A stretch of 64,000 bases of DNA from Coleofasciculus chthonoplastes F2-STO-03 (GTDB lineage: Bacteria > Cyanobacteriota > Cyanobacteriia > Cyanobacteriales > Coleofasciculaceae). This document shows, one piece after another, positions 29,887-40,802 of this stretch. The stretch spans positions 1 through 64,000 of the forward strand of contig JAVJWO010000072.1 of NCBI GenBank assembly GCA_040222015.1, read 5' to 3'. The translations under genes and the position numbers were made by a program. The first letter of the stretch is position 1, and each line of letters opens with the position of its first letter. The notes under the pieces were generated by a model that saw only the letters and a list, made by a program, of their open reading frames with translations, was not told where the DNA came from and searched no databases.

Positions 29887-32800
29887 ATGTTTAAGTGGTG
29901 CCGGATTCCATTTCCCTCCTGGTTTTGGCTGATTATCGCCCTCGTAGACGGGCAAGCTCATCCCCTCAACGCCCAATCGATAACAGCCGAACCGGATGGC
30001 ATGGGTACAATTGTCACGATTGATGGAGAGCAGTTTAACATTTCAGGTGGCTCTTTATCCGGGGATGGCAGCAATCTATTCCACAGTTTCGATGATTTTG
30101 GGCTAGATGCCAATCAAGTGGCGAACTTTTTGTCCAATCCCCAAATTCAGAACATTTTAGGGCGCGTGGTTGGCGGAAATGCTTCCATTATCAATGGGTT
30201 AATTCAGGTGACTGGCGGCAACTCTAATCTTTATTTAATCAACCCATCGGGGTTTATTTTTGGCGAGAATGCCAGTCTGAATGTACCGGGAAGTTTTACC
30301 GCAACGACAGCCAATGGGATTGGGTTTGATAGCGGCTGGTTTAATGCGGTGGGGGATAGTAACTATCAGGTGTTAACAGGTTCTCCCAATCAGTTTACCT
30401 TTGGTACACAGCTAGGGGCGATTATTAATGCCGGGGATTTAGCCGTAACCGAGGGGCAGAATTTAACTTTACTGGGAAGTACAGTAGTGAATACCGGAGC
30501 AATCACTGCACCAGGAGGAAATATTACCATTGCGGCTGTTCCGGGGGAGAATTTAGTCCGGATTAGTCAACCGGGAAACCTGTTGAGTTTGGAAATTGCA
30601 CCGATTGAGGATAGTACGGGACAACTGTTACCGGTGAGTCCCTTGGATTTAGCCGCATTGCTGACAGGAGATGGCAGCGAAACTGTGGAAACCGGGTTGA
30701 GTGTTACCTCAAATCAACAGGTGCAGTTAGCTGAATCTGAGGTGGAGATACCGACTGATAGGGGAGTGGTTGTGGCATCGGGTAGTCTGGATGCATCCGG
30801 TGAAATGGGTGGTACGGTTAATGTGTTGGGTGAGACAGTTAGTTTAATTGATGCCGATATTAATGCATCTGGGGTCAATGGCGGTGGCGTAATTCGTATT
30901 GGTGGCGATGAGCAGGGTCAGGGACTTGTCCCTAATGCTCAGTTTACTATTGTTGATGCCAATACGATAATTAATGCCAATGCCTTGACTCAAGGCAATG
31001 GGGGTAGAGTCATTGTTTGGGCAGATCATACTACAGATTTTTCTGGCACAATTACCGCACGGGGCGGCAATTTAGGGGGTGATGGCGGGTTTGCCGAAGT
31101 GTCGGGTGCAAATACGTTGCAGTATCAGGGGTTAACTGATTTAATTGCCCCGAATGGAACGACGGGGAATTTATTATTAGACCCCGCTACTTGGGTGATT
31201 GCTAATTCTGGGGGAGATATCACACCAGCCGACGTGGTAACTGCTCTGATGACGGCAAATGTGACTTATGATGCGACTGATTTTCTCACGGTTAGTGATG
31301 GGATTGATTCCAGTAGTGGTAACAATTTAACCCTGGATGCGCCGACGATTAATTTGGATGCGTCGATTAGTTTGACGGGTCAACTGATGGGGACAGCCAA
31401 CACTGTGAATGTGGGTACGGGTGGCTGGGTACAAAATGGGGTGGATGTCGCAGTAGATGGGGCAACAGTGAATCTGGCTGCGGGAGAGTTTATTGATCCC
31501 ACCACAATAGAGATTAACAAATCCCTAACGTTGATGGGTGCAGGGGCTGAGAATACAACGGTAAGTGGTGATAATACCCGTCAGGTGTTGAATATCTCTG
31601 GTGGGGATGTGACGTTAGATGGCTTAACTATTGCCAATGGAAATAATGCTGAGTTTGGTGCAGGCGTTTACTACAACGGTACAGGTACGCTGACGATAAC
31701 TAATGCTACCTTCTCTGGCAATAGTGCGATCGGTGGTGATGGTGGTGATGGCATCGACAGTGGTGGCGGCGGTGGTGGCGGTGCCGGACTTGGAGGGGGT
31801 ATCTTTTTCGACGGTGGTGGTACAGTTACGGTTAGCAACTCCACGTTTATTGGTAATCAAGCCATGGGCGGGAATGGCGGTAATGGCGACGGTAATTTCG
31901 GCGGGAATGGCAACGGCGGTATGGGCGGCGGTTCCTTTGGCGGTATGGGCGGGAATGGGGGTAATGGGGGTAATGGGGAATTCGGTGGCGGTGGTGGCGG
32001 CGGTAGCGGCAGCGGCGGGCAGAGTTTGGGCATCTCACTTAACAACGGTGGCGGATTCGGTGGTGGCAGTGGTGGCGGTTTATACGCCAGTTTGCAGAAT
32101 AGTCCCAGTGGTCCCGTTACCTTTTTAGGCAGCGGCAACAGCGGCGGCAAAGGCGGATTTGGCGGCGGCGGTGGCGGATTTGGCGGCGGATTTGGCGAGT
32201 TGTTGGGCGGCGGCGAAGGCGGTAGTGGTGGCGGTGGCGGCGGCGGTATGGGCGGCGCAATTTTTGTCAACTCTGGCTCAATTTCAGTAAGAGACAGCAC
32301 TTTCACTAACAACAACGCTACGGAGGGTAAAGGTGGTACAGGTGATTTTGATAATAGTAAAAACGGTCAAGGATTCGGTGGTGCAATTTTTATCAATACA
32401 GGAAATGCCGAACTGACCAATAGTACGATGAGCGACAACAGCGCCACTGACAATGGTGGTGGCATTTATAGCCGGAATGCCACAGTTAATCTCAGAAACA
32501 CGACGATTGAAAATCCTGGCAGTAGCGCGTTGCATGGTGGGACAGAAGAGCTTACCTTAACAGGAGATGAACTAGACATCACGGGTAGAATTTCTGGCAG
32601 CGGCAATCTAATCATTGAACCGGAAACCTTAAGCCAAAGTATTCAAATTGGGGGCACGGATAGCGGTGATACGACTATTTTGGATTTGAGTCAGACAAAA
32701 TTGAATCAAATTCAAGGAAGTTTTAACTTGATTACCATCGGACGTACTGACAGTACAGGCACAGTTACCATCAAGGATGACGCCAGCTTCAATAATTCCG

Positions 32801-35800
32801 TGAATATAGCCGGCGGGTCAACCTTGGTAGGCCCCAATCAAGAGACCATCTGGAACCTCACGGATACGAATCAAGGAAACCTGAATTCTATTTTTCCCAA
32901 TGAATTAACCTTCAGTAATATTGAAAACTTAATCGGTGGCACAGCCAATGATACCTTTGTCTTTAGTAGCGGTGTCAGATTCAATGGCAATTTAGATGGT
33001 GATGCCGGAAACCTGAGTCTCAGAGGCGATGAAATTGATGTCACAGGGACAATTTCTGGTAGTGGTAATCTAATTATTGAACCGGAAACCGCCAGCCAAG
33101 GGATTCAAGTTGGTGGCACAGATAGCGGCAGTACCACGATTCTCGATTTAACCGAGACAAAATTGAATCAAATTCAACCCGGTTTTAGCACGATTACTAT
33201 CGGGCGTACTGACGGCACAGGTACAGTTACACTCAAGGATGGCGTCACCATTAATCTTCCCGTGAATATAGCCGGTGGGTCAACGTTAGTCGGTCAAAAT
33301 CAAGACACCACCTGGAACATCACGGATGCGAATCAAGGAAACCTAAATTCTATCTTTGCTAATGGATTAAGCTTCAGCAATATAGAAAACTTAATCGGTG
33401 GCACAGCCAATGATACCTTTATCTTTAGTAACGGTGTCAGATTCAGTGGCAATGTGGATGGGGGTGCGGGAAACCTGAGTCTCAGAGGCGATGAAATTGA
33501 TGTCACGGGGACAATTTCTGGCAGTGGAACTCTCACCATTGAACCGGAAACCGTCAGCCAAGAGATTCAAATTGGTGGCACAGATAGCGGCAGTACCACG
33601 ACTCTCGATTTAACCGAGACAAAACTCAGCCAACTTCAAGGGAATTTTAGCACAATTACCATCGGCTCTCCTGATGGCACAGGCACGGTTACACTCAAGG
33701 ATGGCGTTAACTTTAATGCTCCCGTAACTCTAGCTGGTGGCTCAACATTGGTCGGCCAAAATCAAGACACCACCTGGAACATCACGGATACAAATCAAGG
33801 AAACCTAAATAATTCTACCTTGACCAATGGCTTAAGCTTCAGCAACATTGAAAACTTAATCGGTGGTACAGCCAACGATACCTTTACCTTTAGTAACGGT
33901 GCGACATTAACCGGAACAATTAATGACAGTGGTGGTACGAGTCTTCTCGACTACTCCAATACCTCCACCCCCCTGAGTGTAAACATAACGGGCATCGACC
34001 AATTTACGATTAATAACACCCTGACTGTCAATCAAGTCAGCAACATTGTGGGGAGTCGTGCCGATGATACTATTTTATTCAGTAACGGTGCCCAGTTCAG
34101 TGGCAATTTAGATGGGGGTGCAGGAAATCTGAGTCTCAGAGGCGATGAAATTGATGTCACAGGGACAATTTCTGGCAGTGGGAATCTACTCATTGAACCA
34201 GAAACCGCCAGCCAAAGCATTCAAATTGGTGGCAGCAATAGCACGACTTCTCTAGATTTAACCGCGACAAAACTCAGCCAAATCCAACCCGGATTTAGTG
34301 CGATTACCATTGGTAGAACTGATGGCAGTGGTGTGATTTATCTCGGCGGAAATACCGAGTTTAACCGTCCTGTTATCCTACAATCTCTGGGCGAGGGCGG
34401 TACAATTAACACCACAGGCGGTACACTCACTAATCCAAATGGCAATATTACCCTAGACGCCAATCAAACCATCACTACAGCAAATATTACTGCACCCGGT
34501 CAACAAATTAGCCTCACCAGTGAAAATGGCAGTATTGATACTAGCGTCGGTATTCTCAATGGCAGCAATATTACCCTCAACGCCAACCAAGGCATTACCA
34601 CCGCCGATATCACCGCATCGGAATCCATTAACCTCACCAGCGACAATGGCACCATTAATACCAACTCTGGCATCCTCAATGGCAGCAATATTACCCTAAA
34701 CGCCAATCAAGATATCACCACCGCCGATATCACCGCATCGGAATCCATTAACCTCACCAGTGACGATGGCGAGATTAATACCAGCACGGGCACCCTCAAT
34801 GGCAGCACTATTACCCTAAATGCTAATCAAGATATTACCACCGCAAATATTACCGCATCCGATTCAATTAACCTCACCAGCGATAATGGCAATATTAATA
34901 CTAGCGCGGGCATCCTGGATACCAGCAGTACCACCGGAAATGGTGGCAACCTAACTCTCAGAAGTCCCAACGGAGAAATCACCACCGATGATATTAATAC
35001 AAATGGCGCCACAGATGGCGGAGATATCACCATTGAAGCCCAAATTCAAATCACCACAGGCGCAATTAACTCCCAAGGTGAGACAGGCAAAGGCGGAAAT
35101 GTTACCCTTGATCCCGAAGGGGATATCCAAGTCACCTCAATTAACGCCGAAGGTGGCACCACTGGCGGTGACGTAGACATTACCACCGAAAGCTATTTCC
35201 GCGCCACCGAAAGCTTCAGCGCCGCCAATGGCACAGCCGCCAGCATTTCCACCATGGGTGGAGAAGAAGGCGGAGATATCATCATCCGTCATGGCGGATT
35301 TTTGGATAAAACCCCCTTCGATATCGGCAACGCCACCACCAACGGTACAATCGCCGCCATCACCAGTGGCGAGTTTACCCTGACTCCCTTGCAATCCTTC
35401 TCCTTCACTCATATCGAAGGAAACATTCAAATTCTGACAGGCTTAAATTCCCTCTCCGCTGATATCATTCAAAGCCTCGGTTTAGGCGAGAATATCAGTA
35501 TCAACGATGGCACCATGGCTGACGCCCTGAACACCGGATACACCTCCGCCCCCTCCCTGAAAATTATTGGTGCTGTCGATAGTAATACCAGTGGTAACGC
35601 TAGTGGGAATACCAGTGGTAACGCTAGTGGGAATACCAGTAATACTGACAATGCCAGCAATAGTACCACCCGTTATATTGAATCCCTCGAACAACTGCGA
35701 CTCAAAGAATTTGCTGATTATTTTGGTGAAGACTTCTCCCAATACTCGATTTCGCTCAATAGCATCCAAGATATCTTAAGGCAAATTCAACAACAAACTG

Positions 35801-36879
35801 GCAACCGTAGTGCAGTTATCTACGGAGTTGCCCAACCGGATAAATTAACCTTGGTTCTCTTCACCGCCGACGTTGAACCCATCACCGTTAATGTCTTAGT
35901 TCCCCACGCAGAACTCCAAAAAGCCACTCAGCAACTGCGTGTCGCTTTAACTGATAGTTTCCGTCGTCAAGGAACCGGCTATTTACAACCCGCCCAAAAC
36001 CTGTATAACTGGTTAATTAAACCCATCGCCAATGAATTAGCCGACGCCAATATTGATACCTTACTCTTCTCCCTGGATGGAGGCTTACGCACTGTACCTT
36101 TGGCAGCACTTCATGACGGGGAAAACTTCCTAATTGAAACCTATAGCCTGAGTCTAATTCCCACATTCAGTCTGATGAATACCGACTACCAACCCATCCC
36201 AGACGCCAAAATCTTGGCAATGGGGGCATCAGAGTTTGAGGAATTAAATCCCTTACCTGCTGTACCTGTAGAATTATCCACAATTACCCAACAAATGGGG
36301 ACAGGTGAAGTGTTTCTCAATCAAGAGTTCACCAAACAGAACTTAATTCAACAACGCCAGGTTACTCCCTATCAAATTATCCACCTAGGAACTCATGGAA
36401 ACTTTAACGAGGGAGACGCGAGTCATTCTTATGTGCAACTGTGGGACGATAAGTTGGATTTAACCGAAATGCGACAGTTAAATTGGGATAATCCGCCGGT
36501 GGAGTTATTAGTCTTGTCGGCTTGTCGCACGGCTATCGGTAGCAAAGATGCCGAGTTAGGATTTGCTGGATTAGCGGTGGCGTCTGGGGTAAAAACGGCA
36601 TTGGGGAGTATTTGGCAGGTGAGTGATGGGGGAACATTGGTATTAATGAGTGAGTTTTATACTCATTTGGGTGAAACTCAGATTAAAGCAGAGGCACTCA
36701 GACAGGCACAATTATCGATGCTGCGGGGAGATGTGGTGATTGAAGGGGGACAATTGCGAGGTGAGGGGGTACCGGATAATCTGATGTTACCGCCGGAGTT
36801 AGCGGAAACGTTAGACAAGGTTGATTTATCTAATCCCTACTATTGGTCAGCGTTTACCTTAATTGGCAGTCCCTGGTAA
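29887..36879 (+). CDS. Filamentous haemagglutinin N-terminal (TPS) domain protein with Gly-rich and beta-helix repeats and a C-terminal CHAT protease domain
   Basis: NLFHSF and LYLINPSG TPS motifs; internal tandem repeats; CHAT dyad IIHLGTHG / LVLSAC; terminal PYYWSAF. Start uncertain (29842 or 29887). Confidence 0.93.
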   Translation: MFKWCRIPFPSWFWLIIALVDGQAHPLNAQSITAEPDGMGTIVTIDGEQFNISGGSLSGDGSNLFHSFDDFGLDANQVANFLSNPQIQNILGRVVGGNASIINGLIQVTGGNSNLYLINPSGFIFGENASLNVPGSFTATTANGIGFDSGWFNAVGDSNYQVLTGSPNQFTFGTQLGAIINAGDLAVTEGQNLTLLGSTVVNTGAITAPGGNITIAAVPGENLVRISQPGNLLSLEIAPIEDSTGQLLPVSPLDLAALLTGDGSETVETGLSVTSNQQVQLAESEVEIPTDRGVVVASGSLDASGEMGGTVNVLGETVSLIDADINASGVNGGGVIRIGGDEQGQGLVPNAQFTIVDANTIINANALTQGNGGRVIVWADHTTDFSGTITARGGNLGGDGGFAEVSGANTLQYQGLTDLIAPNGTTGNLLLDPATWVIANSGGDITPADVVTALMTANVTYDATDFLTVSDGIDSSSGNNLTLDAPTINLDASISLTGQLMGTANTVNVGTGGWVQNGVDVAVDGATVNLAAGEFIDPTTIEINKSLTLMGAGAENTTVSGDNTRQVLNISGGDVTLDGLTIANGNNAEFGAGVYYNGTGTLTITNATFSGNSAIGGDGGDGIDSGGGGGGGAGLGGGIFFDGGGTVTVSNSTFIGNQAMGGNGGNGDGNFGGNGNGGMGGGSFGGMGGNGGNGGNGEFGGGGGGGSGSGGQSLGISLNNGGGFGGGSGGGLYASLQNSPSGPVTFLGSGNSGGKGGFGGGGGGFGGGFGELLGGGEGGSGGGGGGGMGGAIFVNSGSISVRDSTFTNNNATEGKGGTGDFDNSKNGQGFGGAIFINTGNAELTNSTMSDNSATDNGGGIYSRNATVNLRNTTIENPGSSALHGGTEELTLTGDELDITGRISGSGNLIIEPETLSQSIQIGGTDSGDTTILDLSQTKLNQIQGSFNLITIGRTDSTGTVTIKDDASFNNSVNIAGGSTLVGPNQETIWNLTDTNQGNLNSIFPNELTFSNIENLIGGTANDTFVFSSGVRFNGNLDGDAGNLSLRGDEIDVTGTISGSGNLIIEPETASQGIQVGGTDSGSTTILDLTETKLNQIQPGFSTITIGRTDGTGTVTLKDGVTINLPVNIAGGSTLVGQNQDTTWNITDANQGNLNSIFANGLSFSNIENLIGGTANDTFIFSNGVRFSGNVDGGAGNLSLRGDEIDVTGTISGSGTLTIEPETVSQEIQIGGTDSGSTTTLDLTETKLSQLQGNFSTITIGSPDGTGTVTLKDGVNFNAPVTLAGGSTLVGQNQDTTWNITDTNQGNLNNSTLTNGLSFSNIENLIGGTANDTFTFSNGATLTGTINDSGGTSLLDYSNTSTPLSVNITGIDQFTINNTLTVNQVSNIVGSRADDTILFSNGAQFSGNLDGGAGNLSLRGDEIDVTGTISGSGNLLIEPETASQSIQIGGSNSTTSLDLTATKLSQIQPGFSAITIGRTDGSGVIYLGGNTEFNRPVILQSLGEGGTINTTGGTLTNPNGNITLDANQTITTANITAPGQQISLTSENGSIDTSVGILNGSNITLNANQGITTADITASESINLTSDNGTINTNSGILNGSNITLNANQDITTADITASESINLTSDDGEINTSTGTLNGSTITLNANQDITTANITASDSINLTSDNGNINTSAGILDTSSTTGNGGNLTLRSPNGEITTDDINTNGATDGGDITIEAQIQITTGAINSQGETGKGGNVTLDPEGDIQVTSINAEGGTTGGDVDITTESYFRATESFSAANGTAASISTMGGEEGGDIIIRHGGFLDKTPFDIGNATTNGTIAAITSGEFTLTPLQSFSFTHIEGNIQILTGLNSLSADIIQSLGLGENISINDGTMADALNTGYTSAPSLKIIGAVDSNTSGNASGNTSGNASGNTSNTDNASNSTTRYIESLEQLRLKEFADYFGEDFSQYSISLNSIQDILRQIQQQTGNRSAVIYGVAQPDKLTLVLFTADVEPITVNVLVPHAELQKATQQLRVALTDSFRRQGTGYLQPAQNLYNWLIKPIANELADANIDTLLFSLDGGLRTVPLAALHDGENFLIETYSLSLIPTFSLMNTDYQPIPDAKILAMGASEFEELNPLPAVPVELSTITQQMGTGEVFLNQEFTKQNLIQQRQVTPYQIIHLGTHGNFNEGDASHSYVQLWDDKLDLTEMRQLNWDNPPVELLVLSACRTAIGSKDAELGFAGLAVASGVKTALGSIWQVSDGGTLVLMSEFYTHLGETQIKAEALRQAQLSMLRGDVVIEGGQLRGEGVPDNLMLPPELAETLDKVDLSNPYYWSAFTLIGSPW
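32545..34340 (+). repeat. Intragenic long tandem repeats (about 460-480 bp units)
   Basis: GDEIDVTGTISGSG..EPET..QIGG recurs four times with high DNA identity. Confidence 0.9.
34540..34900 (+). repeat. Intragenic 120-bp tandem repeat (3 copies)
   Basis: LNGS(N/T)ITLNANQ.ITTA.ITAS(E/D)SINLTSD units. Confidence 0.9.
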
Positions 36880-36972
36880 TTTGTAAAGCTTTTGTGTAAA
36901 TAACTCAGAGTTTTGAAAATTTTCTATTATCATGGACTTAAGCGTATTGATGAAGTTTTGTATATCTACAGG

Positions 36973-37506
36973 ATGAATAGATTAAAATCTTTTAAGTGCT
37001 TGAGTCTAGTGACCGGAGTATTCACGACAATCGGGGTAATGGGAATCGGCTGGCAACCCCCGCTACAAGCCCAGCCGGATGCAGAAAGCGTAAACACATT
37101 GACCGCCCAGGTTCCATCGCGCGATCGCGGCGCTGGCTTGCGCGGTGATGGATGCGGCGAAGCCACGATTACTCCCTTGATGTCCACCAAAGAACCCGGA
37201 GTCTATATAGCCAAACTGAACTCGCCAGTAACACTCTCCTGGCAAATACCGGAAACCAAGGTTACCACTGCCGAATTTCTCCTGGTTGATCAGAGTTGGA
37301 ATCCCGTGTATCAAACAATGATTGAGGTTCCCGAAACAGGGGGTGAGATGACAATCAATCTCCCTGATGACCTGTCTATAGAAACGCAAACAGATTATTA
37401 CTGGCAGTTTGCCTTAGTCTGTGATGCCAATGATCGCACCAAAGATAATGCGATCCAAGGGGCACTACAGTTTACCACCCCAGAGACGTCCACGTCCCAA
37501 AACTAA
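36973..37506 (+). CDS. DUF928-like exported protein
   Basis: Signal-like N-terminus, GAGLRGDGC and YYWQFALVC..DR motif; adjacent to the CHAT gene. Confidence 0.75.
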   Translation: MNRLKSFKCLSLVTGVFTTIGVMGIGWQPPLQAQPDAESVNTLTAQVPSRDRGAGLRGDGCGEATITPLMSTKEPGVYIAKLNSPVTLSWQIPETKVTTAEFLLVDQSWNPVYQTMIEVPETGGEMTINLPDDLSIETQTDYYWQFALVCDANDRTKDNAIQGALQFTTPETSTSQN

Positions 37507-37578
37507 GCAGGTAGGGGCTGTAGAGACGTTCCGGTGGAACGTCTGGCAGCAATGGTACATTAGTTTATTTCCACCAAC

Positions 37579-37841
37579 CTACTGGACTGACACAGCTAAA
37601 ATGGTGGAATAGATTTGACGTTTAACCCTGAATTTCGACAGGCTCAATTGCCGCGAAGTCGAAGGGTTAAACCGGGCGCACGCCGTGCGCCCCTACAATT
37701 CTAATCCACCAATTAAGGTGTGCCACGACACTACTGGACTGACACAGCTAAAATGGTGGAATAGATATTACCATTGAATCGGGCGCACGCCATGCGCCCC
37801 TACAATTCTAATTCATCTTGCTAAGGTGTGCCACGCCACTA
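37579..37841 (+). mobile_element. Tandem pair of MITE-like units, the first with a nested insertion
   Basis: CTACTGGACTGACACAGCTAAAATGGTGGAATAGAT occurs at 37579 and 37731; insert TTAACCCT..AGGGTTAA at 37622-37670. Confidence 0.8.
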
Positions 37842-37890
37842 CTTAACTTTAATCACTCATCGAACCGAGACACTTCAGGGTGGATAATTT

Positions 37891-40617
37891 ATGAAAGAAG
37901 CCTTTATTTCTTACTCCCGGCGCAATAAGGAATTTGTATGGAAACTGCGGGAGGCATTTAAAAACGCTAATCGTGAGGTTTGGGTGGATTGGGAAGGCAT
38001 TCCCCTAACCGCTGATTGGCGACAAGAAATATACCAGGGCATTGATGAGTCCAATAACATGATCTTTGTGATTAGTCCAGATTCAGTAGCATCCAAAGAG
38101 TGTGGTGTGGAAGTGGAATGCGCCCTGAAACAAAATAAGCGAATTCTGCCGATACTCTATCTGGATGTTGATCCAGACGCGATGCATCCAGAGATGAGAG
38201 AACTCCCTCAGATTGATTTTCGCGAGGGGACAAATTTTGAGCAAGCGTTTCAAGAACTGCTGCAAGCGATTGATACCAATAAAAAAGGAACCCAAGAACA
38301 TACCCGCTTGTTAGTCAAAGCCTGGGAATGGGAGAAAAAAGGACGCAATAGTAGCCTTTTATTACACGGGAGTGAACTGACATCAGCAGAATATTGGCTG
38401 GTGTGGAGCTGTGCAAAAATACCCTTCCCCACAGCCTTGCATCGAGAGTATATTGGGATGAGTCGGCAATGGGCAACCCGTCAGGCAAAACGGTCGATTA
38501 TTGGGGTTAGTGTGGCGCTGGGTGTGTCTACTCTCTTAGGACTTGTCGCGTTCTGGCAATATCAGCGATCGCAAAAACTTTATGTGCAAGCCCAGCAAGA
38601 ACAGCTTATTGTCCAAAGTACCACCTCCGACGCTTTATTTGTATCCCAACAAAAATTTCCTGCCCTCTTAGAATCCCTAGAGGCGGCTAAAACGCTGCAA
38701 CAAGCCAACTGGGTTAGCCGAGATCCTCAACTTCATTCAACGATTTCCACGGCGTTACTTCAGTCTGTCTATTGGGTGAATCAATCCAACCAATTAGACG
38801 GGCATACAAATAAAGTTCGTAGCGTTAGTTTTAGCCCCGACGGTGAACGTATTGCCTCCGCCAGTAGTGACCATACGATTAAACTTTGGCAGCGAGATGG
38901 GAGTTTAATCAAAACCTTAGCAGGACATCGCGATCGCGTCCGAGAGGTCAGCTTCAGCCCTGATGGTGAAATGATTGCCTCCGCTAGCCGGGATGGGACA
39001 GTAAACCTGTGGACAAAAGATGGGGCAAAGCTACATAGCATTAATGCCCATGATAATGATATTTACCACGTCAGTTTTTCCCCCGATAGCCAAATTATTG
39101 CCTCAGCCAGCCAGGATGGGACGGTAAAACTGTGGAGTCGAGAGGGTGAACTCCTCAATTCCTTAACTGGACATAATGCCCCAATTCTCAGTGTCAGCTT
39201 CTCGGCTGACGGTCAACGCTTGGCATCGGCTAGCGCTGATCAAACCGTGAAACTCTGGACAATTGAGGGTGAAGAACTACAAACCCTGACAGGACACCAA
39301 GGAGAAGTCACAAGTGTGAGTTTTTCCGGGGATGGTCAACTCATCGCCACCGCCAGTCAGGATAAAACGGCGAAACTCTGGACAATTGAGGGAGAAGAAC
39401 TGCAAACGCTAACCGGTCACAAGGATGGCATCTGGCAGGTGACATTTAGCCCAGATAGTCAACGCCTTGCCACCAGTAGTAAAGACAAAACCATCAAACT
39501 CTGGGATCGGGAGGGAACCCTACTCAATACCCTCACCGGACATAGCAGTCAGGTATTTGGTGTGGATTTCAGTCCAGATGGGCAAACTCTAGCATCAGCG
39601 AGTGATGACAAAACCGTGAAACTCTGGAAACTGGACAATCCTTTAGTCAAAACCTTCCCCCGATCTGGTCGTAGTCCCAGTTTTAGCCCCAATGGGGAGT
39701 TAATCGCGATCGCATCCGAAATGAATGTCACCCTTTGGAGTCCAGACGGCAAGAAATTGAACACCCTGTCTGGACATCAAAATTGGGTGCAAAGTGTCAG
39801 TTTTTCTCCCGACGGTGAAACCATTGCCTCAGCCAGTGATGACCAAACCGTGAAACTCTGGACAAAAGACGGGAAAGAATTACAGACGCTAAACGGGCAT
39901 GAGGGAATCGTCTGGACGGTACAATTTTCTCCCGATGGAAAGTATCTTGCCTCAGGGAGTCGAGATGGAACCGTGAAACTCTGGACTCCTGACGGCGAAC
40001 TGGTGCAAACTCTCGAAGGTCATCAGGATATGGTCTTAGAAGTCCGCTTCAGCCCCGATGGTCAAACCCTCGCCTCCGCCAGTCAAGATGGCACCGTGAA
40101 ACTATGGCGTCTAGATGGAGAGACGCGCCATGGCGCGTCTCTACAGACGATTGAAGGACATGATGCCGCCATTGGCAGTGTCAGCTTCAGCCCCGATGGT
40201 CAAATCATTGCCACCGCCAGTGATGACCAAACCGTGAAACTGTGGACAACTGAGGGCAAGTTACTTCAGACTCTGGAAGGACATCGCGATCGCGTTTATC
40301 GCGTCACCTTTCGACCCGATGGTCAGTTCCTAGCTACTGCCAGTTTAGACGGTACAGTGAAACTTTGGACGCTTGATGGCACAGAAGTCGTTACCTTGAA
40401 CGGACATCAAGCAGGCGTTGAACATCTCAGTTTCAGTTCCGATGGCAAAACCCTGGCATCTACAGATAAAAACGACACCATGATTCTCTGGAATTTAGAG
40501 TATTTGGATGACCAATTACTCGACCATCTCATCGTAACCGGTTGTAATTGGGCAGGAGACTATCTGCAAACTAACTCACCGTCTCAAGACATTTGTACAA
40601 CAGACGGCAGTTCGTAG
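37891..40617 (+). CDS. TIR domain - transmembrane helix - WD40 repeat protein
   Basis: AFISYSR..VWVD..SKECGVE TIR, one hydrophobic segment and about 14 GH..SFSPDG..KLW repeats. Confidence 0.93.
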   Translation: MKEAFISYSRRNKEFVWKLREAFKNANREVWVDWEGIPLTADWRQEIYQGIDESNNMIFVISPDSVASKECGVEVECALKQNKRILPILYLDVDPDAMHPEMRELPQIDFREGTNFEQAFQELLQAIDTNKKGTQEHTRLLVKAWEWEKKGRNSSLLLHGSELTSAEYWLVWSCAKIPFPTALHREYIGMSRQWATRQAKRSIIGVSVALGVSTLLGLVAFWQYQRSQKLYVQAQQEQLIVQSTTSDALFVSQQKFPALLESLEAAKTLQQANWVSRDPQLHSTISTALLQSVYWVNQSNQLDGHTNKVRSVSFSPDGERIASASSDHTIKLWQRDGSLIKTLAGHRDRVREVSFSPDGEMIASASRDGTVNLWTKDGAKLHSINAHDNDIYHVSFSPDSQIIASASQDGTVKLWSREGELLNSLTGHNAPILSVSFSADGQRLASASADQTVKLWTIEGEELQTLTGHQGEVTSVSFSGDGQLIATASQDKTAKLWTIEGEELQTLTGHKDGIWQVTFSPDSQRLATSSKDKTIKLWDREGTLLNTLTGHSSQVFGVDFSPDGQTLASASDDKTVKLWKLDNPLVKTFPRSGRSPSFSPNGELIAIASEMNVTLWSPDGKKLNTLSGHQNWVQSVSFSPDGETIASASDDQTVKLWTKDGKELQTLNGHEGIVWTVQFSPDGKYLASGSRDGTVKLWTPDGELVQTLEGHQDMVLEVRFSPDGQTLASASQDGTVKLWRLDGETRHGASLQTIEGHDAAIGSVSFSPDGQIIATASDDQTVKLWTTEGKLLQTLEGHRDRVYRVTFRPDGQFLATASLDGTVKLWTLDGTEVVTLNGHQAGVEHLSFSSDGKTLASTDKNDTMILWNLEYLDDQLLDHLIVTGCNWAGDYLQTNSPSQDICTTDGSS

Positions 40618-40802
40618 AGACGTTGCCTGCAACGTCTCTACAGATGGGGGAGATGAGGGAATTGTCGGGGCGGGTTTTACCACTAACGTTGGCTTTGCAC
40701 CCTGATATAACTCGCGCCCGCCCCAACGGATTACCTGTATTCTGTAACAAAGGACGAATGACGAATAACCAAGGACGAATGACCAAGGACGAATAACAAA
40801 AC

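Noticed and set aside
31703..32315. Pro-rich and Val/Ala-rich alternative-frame ORFs
   Set aside because: These are shadows of the Gly-rich GGN codon tract.
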